A DNA stretch of 64,000 nucleotides. Origin: Octopus sinensis. Lineage: Eukaryota. Under the pieces are notes generated by a model that was not told the DNA's origin, did no database searches, and saw only the letters and a program-made list of their open reading frames with translations. The stretch covers positions 104,656,001-104,720,000 of the forward strand of contig NC_043001.1 of assembly GCF_006345805.1 (NCBI RefSeq). The letters run 5' to 3'. Below are positions 13,001-27,495 of this stretch, piece after piece. A program made the translations under genes and the position numbers. How positions within the stretch are numbered: the stretch's first letter is position 1; the number at the start of each line of letters is the position of its first letter.

Positions 13001-13284
13001 AGTATATATGTGTGTGTGTGTGTTCATGACTGTGCTTGTCTCCCCACCATGGCTTGACAATCAATGTTAGTGTGTTTACACCCCCGTAACTTAGCGGTTC
13101 GTTAATAGAGACCGATAGAATAAGTACTAGGCTTACAAAGAATAAGTCCTGGGTCATTTGTTCAAGTAAAGGTGATGCTCTAACATGGCCGCAGTCAAAT
13201 GAGCGAAACAAATAAAAGAAAAAAAATGTGTCCTTGTGTTTGTATTAGACTCCCCAGCTTTTGACAACCGGTGTAGGTTATTTG

Positions 13285-13540
13285 GGTACTACTTGAGAAC
13301 AGCGGTCCCGATGTGTACACTCGCATACTCGTGCTAGCTAGTCATGACTAGTTGCTCCTTACTTTGTAGTTTTTGTGCTTTATTTACTTTGTTTAACAAA
13401 AATTATTTACTTTGTGTAAAATAATTATTTATTTTGTGTTTTATTTACTTTGCTAGGTAGTTGTTGTAGGATCAACTAGCTAGTGCGGATGCACGAGTAC
13501 GCGAGTGCGCGCACCGGGACCACTGTTCTTAAGTAGTACC
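13285..13540. mobile_element. MULE-type MITE (256 bp)
   Basis: ~50-bp imperfect TIRs starting GGTACTACTT; 9-bp TSD GGTTATTTG/GGTAATTTG. Confidence 0.8.
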
Positions 13541-13819
13541 GGTAATTTGTGTAACTTAGTAGTTGCACAAAAGAAACCGATAGGAAAAGTATGAAGTGTT
13601 AAAAAAGAATAAAAAAGTGCTTGGGGTTGATTCATTGACTAAAATCTTTCAAGGCGGTGCCCCAGCATGGCCGAAGTCCAATGACAAACAAGATGAAAGA
13701 TTAATATACAACTGTGTTAGGGTGGCGAGCTGGCAGAATCATTAGCATGGGCAAAACGCTTAGCGACATTTTGTCCATCTTTATGTTCAGGGTTCAAATT
13801 CCTCCCAAGTCCACTTTCG

Positions 13820-14285
13820 ATAGGAGGAATTACAACCGTATTTCGTGGTCTGCTACCACAACAGCTCCTTTATAGGATCAAGTTAGCTCAAGACATCATC
13901 AGGAGGAACCACATCCGGTTTCGGCCCCTACTCCTCTACCGTTTTGACATGGCGGAGCCCCCGCTTTCAGAGGTGTCTTCAGCTCTGGTGTTGTGTACAT
14001 GTCTTCTTTCTTCTTCTTCCTTCTATTCCCTGACCTCTTCGATGTATCGTCAGCGAGTGACTGACTGACTTGTCAAATTTTCCCTTTAAATACCTGACGC
14101 TAGGCTCCAGCAGGCAGCCCTAGCAAGTTGTCACATGACACTGTCTCACCTTAGCTGACTAGTGAAGGTGTGTAGTCTTAGCCCGCACATTCTCTACACG
14201 AGGTAAGCTTGTCTCACCTAGTGATGTTATTTCCCGCCAGCATGTTATGACTTTCAAGCCATTTTTGGTCTTCCCGCTTCAGCCA
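13820..14285 (-). mobile_element. unclassified interspersed repeat (second copy at 28932-29183)
   Basis: Two copies share one end and differ at the other; each interrupts another element. Confidence 0.6.
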
Positions 14286-14370
14286 TATATAAGCACCATT
14301 TGAACACTAGGGTCGATGTGATCGACTTATCACCTCCTCAAAATTGCTGGTCTTGTGCCAACATTTGAAA

Positions 14371-14734
14371 TCTCTACCTATATAAAGCTGAAGTTGTCTG
14401 TGTATGGCAGGTTTGGTAGCCTTCAACTAACACTATCTCCTCCAAGACCCTGCGGTGCAAGTTGACCAAAATTGAGAGTATGATAGAAGGCTTGCTCTTC
14501 CTTCCGTAGGAAAAAATTAAAATCGGACCATGTTAACACCAAAAATTATTTACATCAAAAAGGTGCTTTTTTTTCTATGAAAATCCCTAGTTTTTACGAT
14601 TTTTTGACTGCTGTGTCGCCATTTTTGGGTGTATTTCAACCAGAAAAATGTTCACAAGCTACATAATGCAAAATTTTTACTTTTCAAAAATTTCAATTCT
14701 AAAGGGTCGAAACAAACCCGAGCGATACTGCTAG
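14371..14734 (+). mobile_element. non-autonomous Helitron-type element
   Basis: A|TC start, CTAG|T end; near-identical copy at 46530-46916. Confidence 0.8.
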
Positions 14735-14754
14735 TCAATATATAACCGCATCAA

Positions 14755-15325
14755 AGCAGCGAGCTAAGAGAAACGTTAGTAACCCGGGCAAATTACTTAA
14801 CAGCATTTCGTCCGCCTTTACATTCTGAGTTCACATTTCCCGAGATCTACTTTTGCTTTCATCTTTTCGAAGTCGATAAAATAAGTACCAGTTACACACT
14901 GGGGTCGATATAATCGACTTAATCCGTTTGTCTGTTTTTGTTTGTCCCCCTCTGTGTTTAGCCCCCTGTGGGTAGTAAGGAAATAGGTATTTCGTCTGCC
15001 GCTACGTTCTAAGTTCAAATTCCGCCGAGGTCGTCTTTGCCTTTCATCCTTTCGGGGTCGATAAATTAAGTACAGAGTTACGCACTGGGGTCGATATAAT
15101 CGAATTAATCCCTCTGTCTGTCCTTATTTGTCCCCGCTATGTTTAGCCCCCTGTGGGCAATAAAGAAATAAGCATTTCGTCCGTCTTTACATTCGGAGTT
15201 CACATTTCCCGAGATCTACTCTGGCTTTCATCTATTCGAAGTCGATAAAATAAGCTCCAGTTGAGCTCTAAGGACGACGTTATCGACTTTTTCCCTTTCT
15301 CAAAACTGCTGGCCTTACGCCAACC
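14755..15325 (+). mobile_element. tandem trimer of SINE family A just upstream of p47
   Basis: Three successive atttcgtc..gagttca..gtcgataaa..agtacc units at a period of about 185 bp. Confidence 0.7.
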
Positions 15326-15454
15326 TTTCCAACTATTATATAATCGTATTCTCGACGTAGATTTTACTTTCACTTCTTAACTGAAGGGTAGATAACTCGT
15401 ACGAAATGAGTCAGCAAGATTAGAGAGCTCTTCTGTTTCTGCAACAAATTCAAC

Positions 15455-15559
15455 ATGGATCCCGGTCAGGAATCTTTGGTGGAGCAATTTATTAAAGTCA
15501 CTGAAGTAGACAGAGATCGAGCCAAATTCTTCCTTGAATCTTCATCATGGGATTTAGAA
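15455..15559 (+). CDS. NSFL1C: p47 exon 1 (UBA-like)
   Basis: ATG at 15455; [35 protein letters not shown]; donor GTATTT at 15560, phase 0. Confidence 0.92.
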
Positions 15560-15723
15560 GTATTTATATATTTTTTGTTATATATACCGTACAAAAATTG
15601 AAGTATTATATGGATAATATCTTTGGTTTTTAAATCATTTTCATTCCAACGTATCTTCTATTGTCTAAATGTATGAATGTGTGTGCAGGGTCGATGCTTA
15701 TACGTCTCTCTCTCTCTTTCTCC

Positions 15724-15769
<46 letters not shown>

Positions 15770-16118
15770 GTTATACCTTTATACGTGTGTGTTTATATAT
15801 ATTCACACATAGATTGTATTGTGTGTGCTCGTCTGTGTGTGTGTGTGTGTGTATAATGTTATTAAACGAGAGGCGACTAAGGTAAGACCAGTACTGGATT
15901 GAGTACTTTACCAAAAGTAAAATGGAAATAGATTATCGTATCGAACCAATTAATCAATCACTCAATCTCTCTAATCTCATATATATATATATATATATAT
16001 AATATATTGGCCTGCTCGCTTAGCCAGCGGGGTGGCATCATTTGAAGGCTAAAACAATGCGAAGCGCATTGTGACCAGCGATGTGTAGCAACATCTGATA
16101 GCCTGGTCGATCACGGTG

Positions 16119-16166
<48 letters not shown>

Positions 16167-17351
16167 GTGTGTATGTCTGAGATCCAGACAAAACACCAAT
16201 TGGATAAAAAAAATTCATTAGACAAAAGCCGTCATTTATAAAGCAGAGAAGGACATCATAGATACTGTTTGATTATATATATTTCAACAAAATATTTGGT
16301 CTGCTTATCAAGGAAAAACCAAATTAATGTGATGTATCCAACAGTGAAAGCATTATATCAAACCAAGATTAAATAAATTAATCATAAATGAATTGAAAAA
16401 AGAACAAAAAACTATTTTCATTACTACGTACTTGCGTTTTTTTAATAGCGAGGTATTGTCGTAGTGTCGTGTATTATTTTTCATATCAGCTGTCGACTGT
16501 AGATCGTAACTATTTGCGATACCTTCCGAAAGAATCGCTTCCAAGTCGCACTGATATTAATAGGGAACGTTTCGGTTCTTATAACGAACACTGTATCACG
16601 TTTGTTTACTCTTGTTGTCTACGCAGCCATCTCACTTATTTGGGTGCAAGTGTGACCACCTCAACCTTGCAACAACTGTTGGTTTTCTAATTGCAGAATA
16701 TTCTTCGTTCTAAGTTTCAATATTTCTCACATATAAGGCGGTGAGCTGGTAGAAATGTTAGCATGTCGGGCAAAATGCTTAGCGGTATTTTATCCGTCTT
16801 TAGGTTCTGAGTTCAAATGACGCCGAAGTCTACTTTACCTTTCAACCTTTCAGAATCGATAAAATAAGTAATCAGTTGAACACTGAAGTCGATGTAATCA
16901 GCTTACTCCCTGCCCTGAAATTGCTGGCCCTGTGCCAGTCTTCGAAATCAGTATATAACCGCATTATACAGTCGTTTAAATACGATTTTACTTTCACTTC
17001 TCTCCTACTTCTCTTGTAAATTATTGCACTACTAATTTTCCTTAGTCCAAATACCACCCAAATAGACATTGTAGTCCTAGTTATAACCCCAAAACACCCC
17101 ATTTCTAATTGAAGCACTCTACACTTTCATTGTTGTACTCTAGATGATCCCTGAACTCCTACACAGTTTAGACCAGTGGTTCCCAATCTGTGCTCCACGG
17201 ACCCCAGGTGGTCTGCAAAGGTAGTACTGGGAGTCAATGAAGTAAATTCAAAATTTCATATATATATATAGGGGGAGAATTCGACAAAAGACGAAGACAG
17301 GTGGTTTAAACAACAAACATGTATTAGTATAATGCTCGGGAAGTGAAAAAT

Positions 17352-17395
<44 letters not shown>

Positions 17396-20300
17396 AATGT
17401 ATTACTTTCCAGTAAAAGATAGCCCCATAAGGGTAGAATTATACATATAAAAATAGATAAATGGTACAAGGCACCAAAATACGCAGTGAAGCTATACAAT
17501 AGCGTCATATTTGTATTGATTGCTATTTTCCAGTAAATTTTGGTGCCTTGTACCATTTATCTATTTTTATATGTATATATATGCACACATAAGGATAAGC
17601 ATATTAAAAGGGGTCTGTGGGAAAACTCATTTAAATAAAAGGGGTCTTTGATAGTGAAAAGGTTGGGAACCCTTCCCTTTAGGTGCCCACTCTATGTTAC
17701 TCTCCTAAGTCACTATCATTTTAGACTATGTCATAAGGTAAGGATGTTGTTTTGTTATTAATGTCTCAGTTTTGAAGCATGACAGCTTCCTATGTGTTGA
17801 AAGAAAGGTTAGGCATAAGAGGAATCAAATGTAACATGCAAGAGAAAAGATTATAATTGTTTGATCATGTAATGTGTATGGATGAGGACAGCTGTATAAA
17901 GAAGTGCCAATCTTTTAAAGTGGGTGGAATCTGTGGAAGAGAGAAACCCCCGCTAAGAAATGAGATGAAGTAGTAGGAGGGTCAATCTCAAGATGTTGAA
18001 CCTCATTGGAATCGAATGGACTGAGATGTCTGGTGATATGAGGTTCTTGAGAAGATCCACCCACCTCAGCAAAACAGTTCTGGAAGCGTTGTGTATTATG
18101 TGTTCTCCACCTACATCATCATCATCATCGTTTAACATCTGTTTTCCATGGTGGCATGGGCTGGACGCTTTGATGGAGGTCTGGAGAGCTAGTGGCTGCA
18201 CCAGGCTCTAATCTGATCTGGCAATGTTTCTACTGCTAGATGCCCTTCCTAATGCCAACCACTCCAAGAGTGTAGTGGGTGCTTCTTACGTGCCACTGGT
18301 ACAGGAGCCAGTTATGGCAGCACCAATGTAGTTTTAAGTCCACGTTTCCATGTTTTTATGGGTCAGATGGAATTCTTTGAGTCAGGTTTGCTATATCCAA
18401 ATGTCCTTTCTATCACCATTCCTTGTTTCTAAGTAAAGTAATATTTCCCCATGACTTGATACGTTTTCGTAGAAAATAGGATAGAATGATACTAACTGTA
18501 TGGCAGTGACTCTCATTTAGAACTACCCTGTAATGTTGAAACAAAGAGGCACATACACACTGAAACTGAAACAACATAATTGCAAGGCAAACTCAACCAC
18601 ACATCCAAAATATATTTACACATACATAGTTATATAAGAACACAATTTCTGTCATATATTCATCATCATCATCATCATGAATATATGATAGAAATTGTGT
18701 TTGGAGTGATAAAATGGATTTATATTATAGAGAAATAGTTTCATCTGTTTGAATATTTTAATTAATATTGGGTCAAATAATTCTTCTAATTATGTAACGG
18801 AATGAGAGTGGGTGTACAGCAACTATAGTCCTGCTTAGTGTATTGCTTTCACTGCATACCCCCAATAACCCAAACTACATCTCATTGCGCCCTATGCTTG
18901 TCTCTTCATGCTTCTCCAGCGCAATGCCACTTTCTCATCTCTCTCACTCTCCTTGTATCATTGCTACCCTACCACTCATTGCATTCCCCTTCTCCTTTTT
19001 TGTCTCCCACTCTCTTTTGCACTCTTATGAACTCCTTGCTCACTCCACCCTGTCCAATTGTTTGTACCTTGATATGTATCTTCACCATCGTCTTCTCACT
19101 CTCTCCCCAACAGGGTTGCCATGTATCTCCTCTACAGCAAAACATCTTTAGCTGTCCCTCTATTCATACTTTCACTTCTCATCACCTGGCATGCAGCCAC
19201 CTTCCTCAAATCTCTTCCCCATCTCAGTTGAGGGGGCCTTTCTCTTGCAAGGCATTTGATGGCCTCACTGCTGTTGGTGCCACCCTAACCCTAAAGTGGT
19301 TGGCATTAGGAAGGGCATCCAGGCATGGAAACCATGCTAAAGCAGGCAGTAGACCTTGGTGCAGTCTTCTGACTTGCCAGCCCTTGAAAAACTGTTTAGC
19401 CCAGCATAGAAAACAAGCATTAGATGATGATGATGATTTTCCAGTCATTAGCACCATTCAGAAATCTGAGTTTTCATTTTACCTTCTTTAAGCCCTGATA
19501 TTATCTTTTTCAGTTCTTTGTAGAAAACTACAGGCTACAACTTGGTATTAATTCTCTTTGCATTGGCACTATCATATTTTAGTAAATTAGCCATTTCATA
19601 TCTGGTTATACTGTTCGGCATATTCTACAAAGGGTGACAAAGTTTGCTGTTTTAGTTTCCTCTCATTGAGATATTTTTATCTAATTGTAACTAACACAAA
19701 AATAATCCAGAAATAACAAAACTTTACTGCTTAAAAATGTTACTCTTGTTTTGAACACATTCTGTCATTTTTTGTGTTTTTTTTTACACAACCAATTGTA
19801 ATGTCACAAAATGTGATGAATGTAACTGTTTATCCAGGGAACTTAACAGTTTTTCATTTTGGTTCAGAGTTGGTTTTGCTTCAGTAAATGCTGACCTTAG
19901 GAAAATTATTCACTCCATTCCTTGGGTAAATGATGAATGTGTGTGTGTGTAAATGAGTGAAAAAGAAGTGTGTGTGTGTGAGTGAAAAAAGAAGTGTGTG
20001 TATGTGTAAATGAGTGAAAAAAAAGTGTGTGTGTGTATTCGTGTAAATGAGTGAAAAAAGAGGTGTGTGTGTGTGTTAGCTGTACTTTCAGAGCAGTGGA
20101 GTAGATACTGCTGAGGAGTTCACAATCAATTGAAACTAGTCCAGTGTTTCTAATTTTGCTCATTGGACGGTTAGACGGTTATCTCCCCTATCATCAGCAT
20201 TGTCATTTAACGTCTTCTTTCCATGCTGGTATGGGTTGGACAGTTTGACTGTGGACTGGCAAGGAGGCTTCATGAGGCTCCAATCTGAGTCGGCAAGGTT

Positions 20301-20684
20301 TCTACAGCTGGATGCCCTTCCGCTAACCACTCTGAGAGTGTAGTGGGTGCTTTTTATGTGCCACCGACATGGGAGTCAGTCGGGTGGCACTTGTATTGAT
20401 CACATTTGAATGGTGTCTTTTATGTGCCACCAGCATGGGAGCCAGTTTGGTATTGGCCATGCTTGAATGGTCAGTGAATATAAATGTGCATTTATGCTGC
20501 TGCAAGGGTTTTAACTCTTATTTCTAGCAATATAGGTGCTACTCAGCACCCTCTGTCACAACTAGTGACAATTATATTTTACCTTTATGGTTTTATATTG
20601 TGCTTAATTGCTTCTATAATTCTTATGTATATATGTATGTATATATATATATTATATATATATATATATAATATATATATATAA

Positions 20685-20717
<33 letters not shown>

Positions 20718-21530
20718 ATGTATGTGTACATGTGTGTGTGCGTCAGTGTCTCCTGATTAGCTCTCGTACTGATGGCATGTGAAAAGCACTATTTGAACAT
20801 GGCTGGTGCCAGGACCCACTGAATGGCCCCCGTGCCGGTGGCACATAAAAAGCACTATCCAAACGTGATTGATGCCAGGCCTGCCTGACTGCCCCCTGTG
20901 CCAGTGGCACATAAAAAGCACCCACTAAACTCTCGGAGTGGTTAGCATTTGGAAGGGCATCCAGCTATAGAAACTCTTCCAGATCAAGATTGGAGCCTGG
21001 TGCAACCTTCTGGCTCTCCAGATCTCAGTCAAACCGTTCAACCCATGTTAGCATGGAAAGCGGACGTTAAGAGATGATGATGAAGAATGTTATTGATAGT
21101 GACTTGTAAGTTTTGGTCAGCTAAGCCATCTTTGGCTGCTACTTTTGAAGTCACTGTCAACAATATTCTTATTTTCTTGTTTAACCCTTTCGTTGCCAAC
21201 CCAGCTGAAACCTCCTCTGACTCTGTAGTACAAATCTCTTGTTTTCATAAATACTGAATTAAAATCTTCCACCAAGCCTTAGTCACAATTTATGTTCCTA
21301 ACACTAGCTTAATGATAACTAAGTTATTTTACCAAATTCTTTGTTATATTTGAAATAATTGAAAGAAACAGCATCTCAGCAGAAATACAGTAACAAAAGG
21401 GTTAAGAAATTCTTTTCTCTCCAAAAGTATAGAGTAAACCATCAGATTAATGTAAAATTGTTTTTATTATAATTGAACATAACAACAAACATTTCACACA
21501 CACACACATGTAAAAATGTGTGCATGTGTG

Positions 21531-21576
<46 letters not shown>

Positions 21577-22297
21577 AAATTAATATAAACAGTAGGTTGC
21601 AATGTTTTACCAAAAAGGAGAATTTTTAATTGTTACTAAATATGACTAGGGTGTTAAGAAACATCTACAATGCTAGAAATAAGAGCTAAAATGCTCCAAT
21701 GCTGGAGTTAAAGAATATGTATGAAAACATATATACTCACAGGGACCATATCTATCCGAAAAATGCTCGTTATCATCATCATCATCATCCGCTTTCCATG
21801 CTAGCATGGGTTGGATGGTTTGACTGAGGACTGGTCCAAACCATGCTGGCATGGGTTGGATGGTTTGAATGGTGAGCCAGAATGCTGCACCAGGCTCAAT
21901 CTGATCTGGCAAAGTTTCTACAGATGGATGCCCTTCCTAATGCCAACCACTCTGAGAGTTTAGTGGCATGAGGGCCAGTCAGGCGGTTCTGGCAACAACC
22001 ACACTCAAAAGGTGTTTTTTACGTGTCACTGGCATGGGAGCCTATCCGTGGCCCTAACAACGATCGCGCTCGGATGTGCTTTTAACGTTCCACTGGCACT
22101 AGTGCCAATCAGGTGGTACTGTTATCAGCCATGTCAGTGATTTTGGTTTGTTTACACTTGCCTAAATAGGTCTTCACAGCAAAGTTCATTGTCCAGTGAA
22201 TGAGAGGTAGTGTATATGTTTTCATTTGTGTGCGTTAACTGCAGCATCAGAGCATTTTAACTCTTATTTCTAGCAATGTGGGTGTTTCTTAAAAGTA

Positions 22298-22345
<48 letters not shown>

Positions 22346-25300
22346 ATGTGTGAGTGTGTATAGACCATAAAAAGTATGTGAGATGAATATGTTTAAACAC
22401 TTGGCATCCTTAGGCTTACATCTGTTTCACAGTGTTCTTCATGTAGTAATAATCTTATCATCAGCATTGTGAATTTTAATTATGTTTACATGCTTTAATA
22501 TGCATGCTATGCATTATACAATATAACTGTATATTTATAAATCACTGTAAATATAGCTAGCTCATCAGATTATCAGAACATCATTGTTACACTAATTATT
22601 CAAGTTTTGATTTGTGAATATATGAATACCCCTGACATGTCGGGTGATATAATATGTTCGAGAAGACCTGTTGAGTCAAGTAAAACCAATATCAAAGCTG
22701 TGGCCAGTGCACCCTGACTGGCTCTTGTACCGGTGGCACGTAAAAAGCATCATCCGAACGTGGTTGATGTCAGGTCTGCCTGACTGGCTCCCGTGCTAGT
22801 GGTATGTAAAAAGCACTATCCGAATGTGATCGCTACCAGGACTGCCTGACTGGCCCCTATGCCAGTGGCATGTAAAAAGCACCATCCGAACATGGTTGAA
22901 GATAGATCCACCTGACTGGCTCTTGTGCCGGTGGTATGTAAAAAGTACTATCTGAACATGGCCGATGCCAGTACTCCATGACTGGCTCCCGTGCCCGTGA
23001 CATGTAAAATGCACCATGCGAACATGGTCGAAGACAGATCCGCCTGACTGGCTCCCATGCTGGTGGCATGTAAAAAGCACCATCTGAATGTGGCCGATGC
23101 CAGTACCCCCTGACTGGCTCCCGTGCTAGTACACCCTGTGCCAGTGGCATGTAAAAAGCACCCACTACACTCTCAGAGTGGTTGGCATTAGGAAGGGTAT
23201 CCAGCTGTAGAAACAGCTGTAGATCTGCCAGATCAGATTAGAGCTTGGTGCAGCTGCTGGCTCTCCAGATCCCAGTCAAACCATCCAACTCATGCCAGCT
23301 TGAAAAACAGATGTTAAACGATGATGATGATGAATTGTATTGTATAATGCATAGCAAGCATATTCATGCAAACATGTAAGCATAATTTATTCCGCACTGG
23401 AATTATTATAACATGAAGGAGGCTTTGAAACAGCTGTAATCCTAAGGATATCTAGTAGTTAAATAAATATATTTGTTTCCCATGTCTCCTGACATTTTAT
23501 GGTTTATATACTTGTGGTGAAATCCTGAGACCCCTGTGGGATAGCAAATCAACTGTCCTAAACTATGTACAGGCGCATGTGCACTGTCAGTGAGGGATAG
23601 TGTGGTGCGTGCATGTGCTTTGTGAAGACAGTTGTAGAAGTCGTTGATAAAAGATATTATTTGTTATGTGTTGTTTCTGATTTATATTGGTATTGTTATA
23701 ACCGGTGAGCTGGCAGAAACGTTAGCACGCCGGGCGAAATGTGTAGCCGTATTTCGTCTGCCGTTACATTCTGAGTTCAAATTCCGCCAAGGCCGACTTT
23801 GCCCTTCATCCTTTCGAGGTCGATTAAATAAGTACCAGTTACGCACTGGGGTTGATGTAATTGACTTAATCCGTGTGTCTGTCCTTTTTCGTCCCCTCTG
23901 TGTTTAGCCCCTTATGGGTAGTAAAGAAATAGGTATTGTTATAACCTTGTTCTAAGTCCACGTTATAAACTGGCTTATACAGTGGGTTCAAAGAAGGATA
24001 TAACGGTGTTGACGAGACTCAACAATACTCCTCAGGAACTAATTTCATTGATCAGATCTTCTGGATTTTAGCTTCATGGACATTATGTATTATACTTTTC
24101 TGTATTGGATTATTATGTAATTTGATGAAGGTGGTGAGCTGGCAGAATTGTTAGCACACTGGGTGAAATGTTTAGCTGTATTTCATCTGCTGCTACATTC
24201 TGAGTTCAAATTCCGCCGAGGTCAACTTTGCCTTTCATCCGTACCGGGTTGATAAAATAAGTACCAGTTACACACTGGGGTAGAAGTAATAGACTATCCC
24301 CCCTAAATTTTCAGGCCTTGTGCCTACAGTAGAAAGGATTATCATGTGGTTTCTGTGATAGCCACACAATTCTTTGAATCCATATCTTTTTCTACAAGGA
24401 CAAGCATTCCCTTCAACTTTCATTCCAGGTTTCAAAAAATTATTATTAGTTCATCTGTCGTCACTAGCGTAGCTAGGGTGGTAGGGATGGTCCATCCCAG
24501 GCGGCACTTTTAAAGGGGCACCACTTTTGGGACTGCTATAGGCAATATGTGTTTTTTGAGGAGTCCAAGAGTGGCAAATGAAAGGGCCACCCTGGGCAGC
24601 ACACACTCTAGCTACGTTAGTGTCTGTCGTTTCAATGATGACTAAGGATATCACATGGGCATGATATGTCTGGCTGTGGCCAATCAGTCTGTTGTGTGCT
24701 GGGAAAGGCTCTTCTGTAGGTTGGGCGCTAGTGGTGCTGGAACTGAAGGCAAGGGGTTGGCTATGGACTTACACAGTTGGTGTTTTTTTTTTGCTCCTGC
24801 AACCCTGATCTGTTTGTAGGAAGTAGCACCTCTGTTGATGCAGCTTTGTTAGGCAGTCTGCTACACCAGTCATTGGATATGACTTCTTCGTGAACAATCT
24901 GATTAACTAGACAGGTGATTAGACCATACCCCACTCTACCAGATATTTTTAGCATCTCAGCAGTGACTCCTGATGGGCCGGGGGCTTTCCCTGTCTTCAT
25001 ATCCTTGATTGTTTAATCTACCAAGCTACTATCAATTTGGATAGCTGCCCTCTCTGTTGGTCCACACTAGGCAGCCTCTCCTTCTCCCATGCATTCTCTA
25101 CATTTAGCAACCTTTCATAGTGGCACTTCCAAATCTCCTTCTTTGCAGACTCACTAACTGCAAGCGAGGCATAATCCATGTCAACACACTTCTCTCCTAC
25201 CATGTCACGATTTTCTCTGATATGCTGTCTCGTGATCTGAAACACTTCAAGCCTCTGCTCCTCATGCCACAGAACAATGACAAACTTCCTCCTTTCTGCC

Positions 25301-27458
25301 TCTCCCTTGGCTAAGTGTACTTGTTGGTAAGTGCCTTCCCTAACCCTAACCTGATACAGTTCTCTGCCACCTCCATTCTTCCAGTGCTTCCAGGCCTGTT
25401 TCTTCGCTCTCATGGTTTTGTCTACAACATCATCCTACCAGCATGTCACCCTAGATCTGGCTGGGACTTCGAACCAGTAGCACTTAGCAAGCTTTCTCGT
25501 AGGAACTCCCAGTTGCCCTCTATGTTACAAGTCTGTAGTTCTTCCTCTTCCTTGTTAAATTTCTTAGAATGTCCCCAAATCTCTGATCATTTAAAGGATC
25601 CCTAAGCTTCCAAATCGTTTTTCAGACTAGTCATCTCCTTGGAATCCTTCTGGCCTGAAATTTAAAGTCGCTAATGACTTATCTATGCTGGGGGGGTACA
25701 GCCTTCATCAGGGGAGGTCTTTGTATTTATGAACAACCATGAATCTCGCTTTTTGGTGAGATAATAGTCAATCTGACTTGTGTGGTTGCTGGATTTATAG
25801 GTGATCAGGTGACTGGATGGCTTTCTGAAGTTGGTATTGCAGATCATTTGGTCATTTGCATCACAGAACTCCAGCAGCCTTGTTTCCTCCTTGTTTTGGG
25901 AACCAATTCTATGGCCCCCATGTGTATCATGGAAGATACCTGGGTGTCACCCAATATGTACATTGAAATCACCAGTCACAAAGATGAAGTCATTGTCATT
26001 TGTCTTGGAGGTAGCCTGCAGAGGAATATCATAAAAGTGGTCCTTTTGTTCATTTGAGGGCCACAGGCAGAGATAATTGTTGCTGTATTGCTCTGCAAAA
26101 CTAACCCAAGCTTAAGGACTCTATATCTTCTGTTAATATCACTGTTTCTCTGAAAATTTGCAGTTGTTCTCAGGATCTTGTAGGTTTTAATGTCTAGGGA
26201 GCAGACTTTGGGATCAGTATTGCACTGCAAATGCATTGTGGGATATTGTGTTTTTGTAAGAGGAAAGCACTGACTGACGTTTTGCTTAGTCAGTTATAAT
26301 TTTCTTTGTTTACAGCCCCTTTTTAAATAAATTTTCATCAATACCTAGGTTTTGTACCACTTATTACGACAGAGACCATTGATGCAAAGATTTTGGGTCT
26401 GAAGAACAGTTTTTCCATATTCAGTTGTTAACAGCAAAACATATTTTGATTAAATCCAGTTGTTTTTAGAATTCTAAATATTTCAAGCATAGATCTTTAG
26501 AAAATCCACAGAGAAAATATAGGTAATATAAGTGTGCACTGCTGTTGCAGACTCTATGACAAACCCAATGGATTTGGGGCCAAAATAAACAGAAGTACAG
26601 GTAGCATTTCACCTTGTATATTCCCATTGAAATATTGATAACACTGGAGATAGTCATTCCATTTTCAATTAAAAGAGCCACTTCTTAGCTTTTCAATATC
26701 TGAGGTAGCAAGCACATCTGCCTTGTGTATTGACTTTGATAGCCATGATTGGGAAATGGAATCTAATGCCATTCTGTCATTAACCCTTTAGGATTCACAT
26801 TATTCTGTCAAATGTATTGCTTATTTATTCACATTGTTTTGAATTCATATTTGAGTTCAAATTCCGCCGAGGTCGACTTTGCCTTTAATCCTTTCGGTGT
26901 CGATTAAATAAGTACCAGTTATGCACTGGGATCGATGTAATCGACTAAATCCTTTTGTCTGCCCTTGTTTGTCCCCTCTATCTTTAGCCCCTTGTGGGCA
27001 ATAAAAAAAGACAAATAATTATTATCACTTTCCTGTCATTGCAGCTTGCCATGGAGAGTTTTTACAAAGATGACCAAGAACCTGATATGTACGATATGTT
27101 TCCATCTGCACCTATACCTGAAGCTACGAAACCACCTTCTGGACCGTCATTTGATCCTACTCCAGTGACCCAAGAAGGAAACCCTCGGTTAGTTTGTTAG
27201 AGTTTACTCTCCTTTATATAAACAGACAATAATGCAAAATAGCTTTGTCTAACTCTTTAGCATTTAAACCACCCTCATCTGGTCCAAATATTATCGCTGT
27301 TTTATGTTCACCCCAGCCAGATCTGGCTTCCCACACCTACCCTACACTGTCATTCTACAGAGTGTACTGGGTGCACCAACATGATCTAATTTAAAATCCT
27401 CCCTCAAAATTTCTTGCTATGTTCCAAATGGCAGCTTAATAATAATAATAATAATTGA

Positions 27459-27495
<37 letters not shown>

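Larger units (their letters stand above)
11526..13215 (+). mobile_element. tRNA-headed SINE family B, split by nested SINE D and a solo LTR
   Basis: Head ggagtggctgtgtggtaag..ggttcag at 11526; tail resumes at about 13008. Confidence 0.75.

Noticed and set aside
13860-13990. Canonical hammerhead call
   Set aside because: Core words are present, but stem I and the NUH site cannot be formed; kept only as an unclassified finding.
23704-23790. tRNA genes
   Set aside because: A/B boxes belong to multicopy SINE heads with TSDs; no cloverleaf supported.
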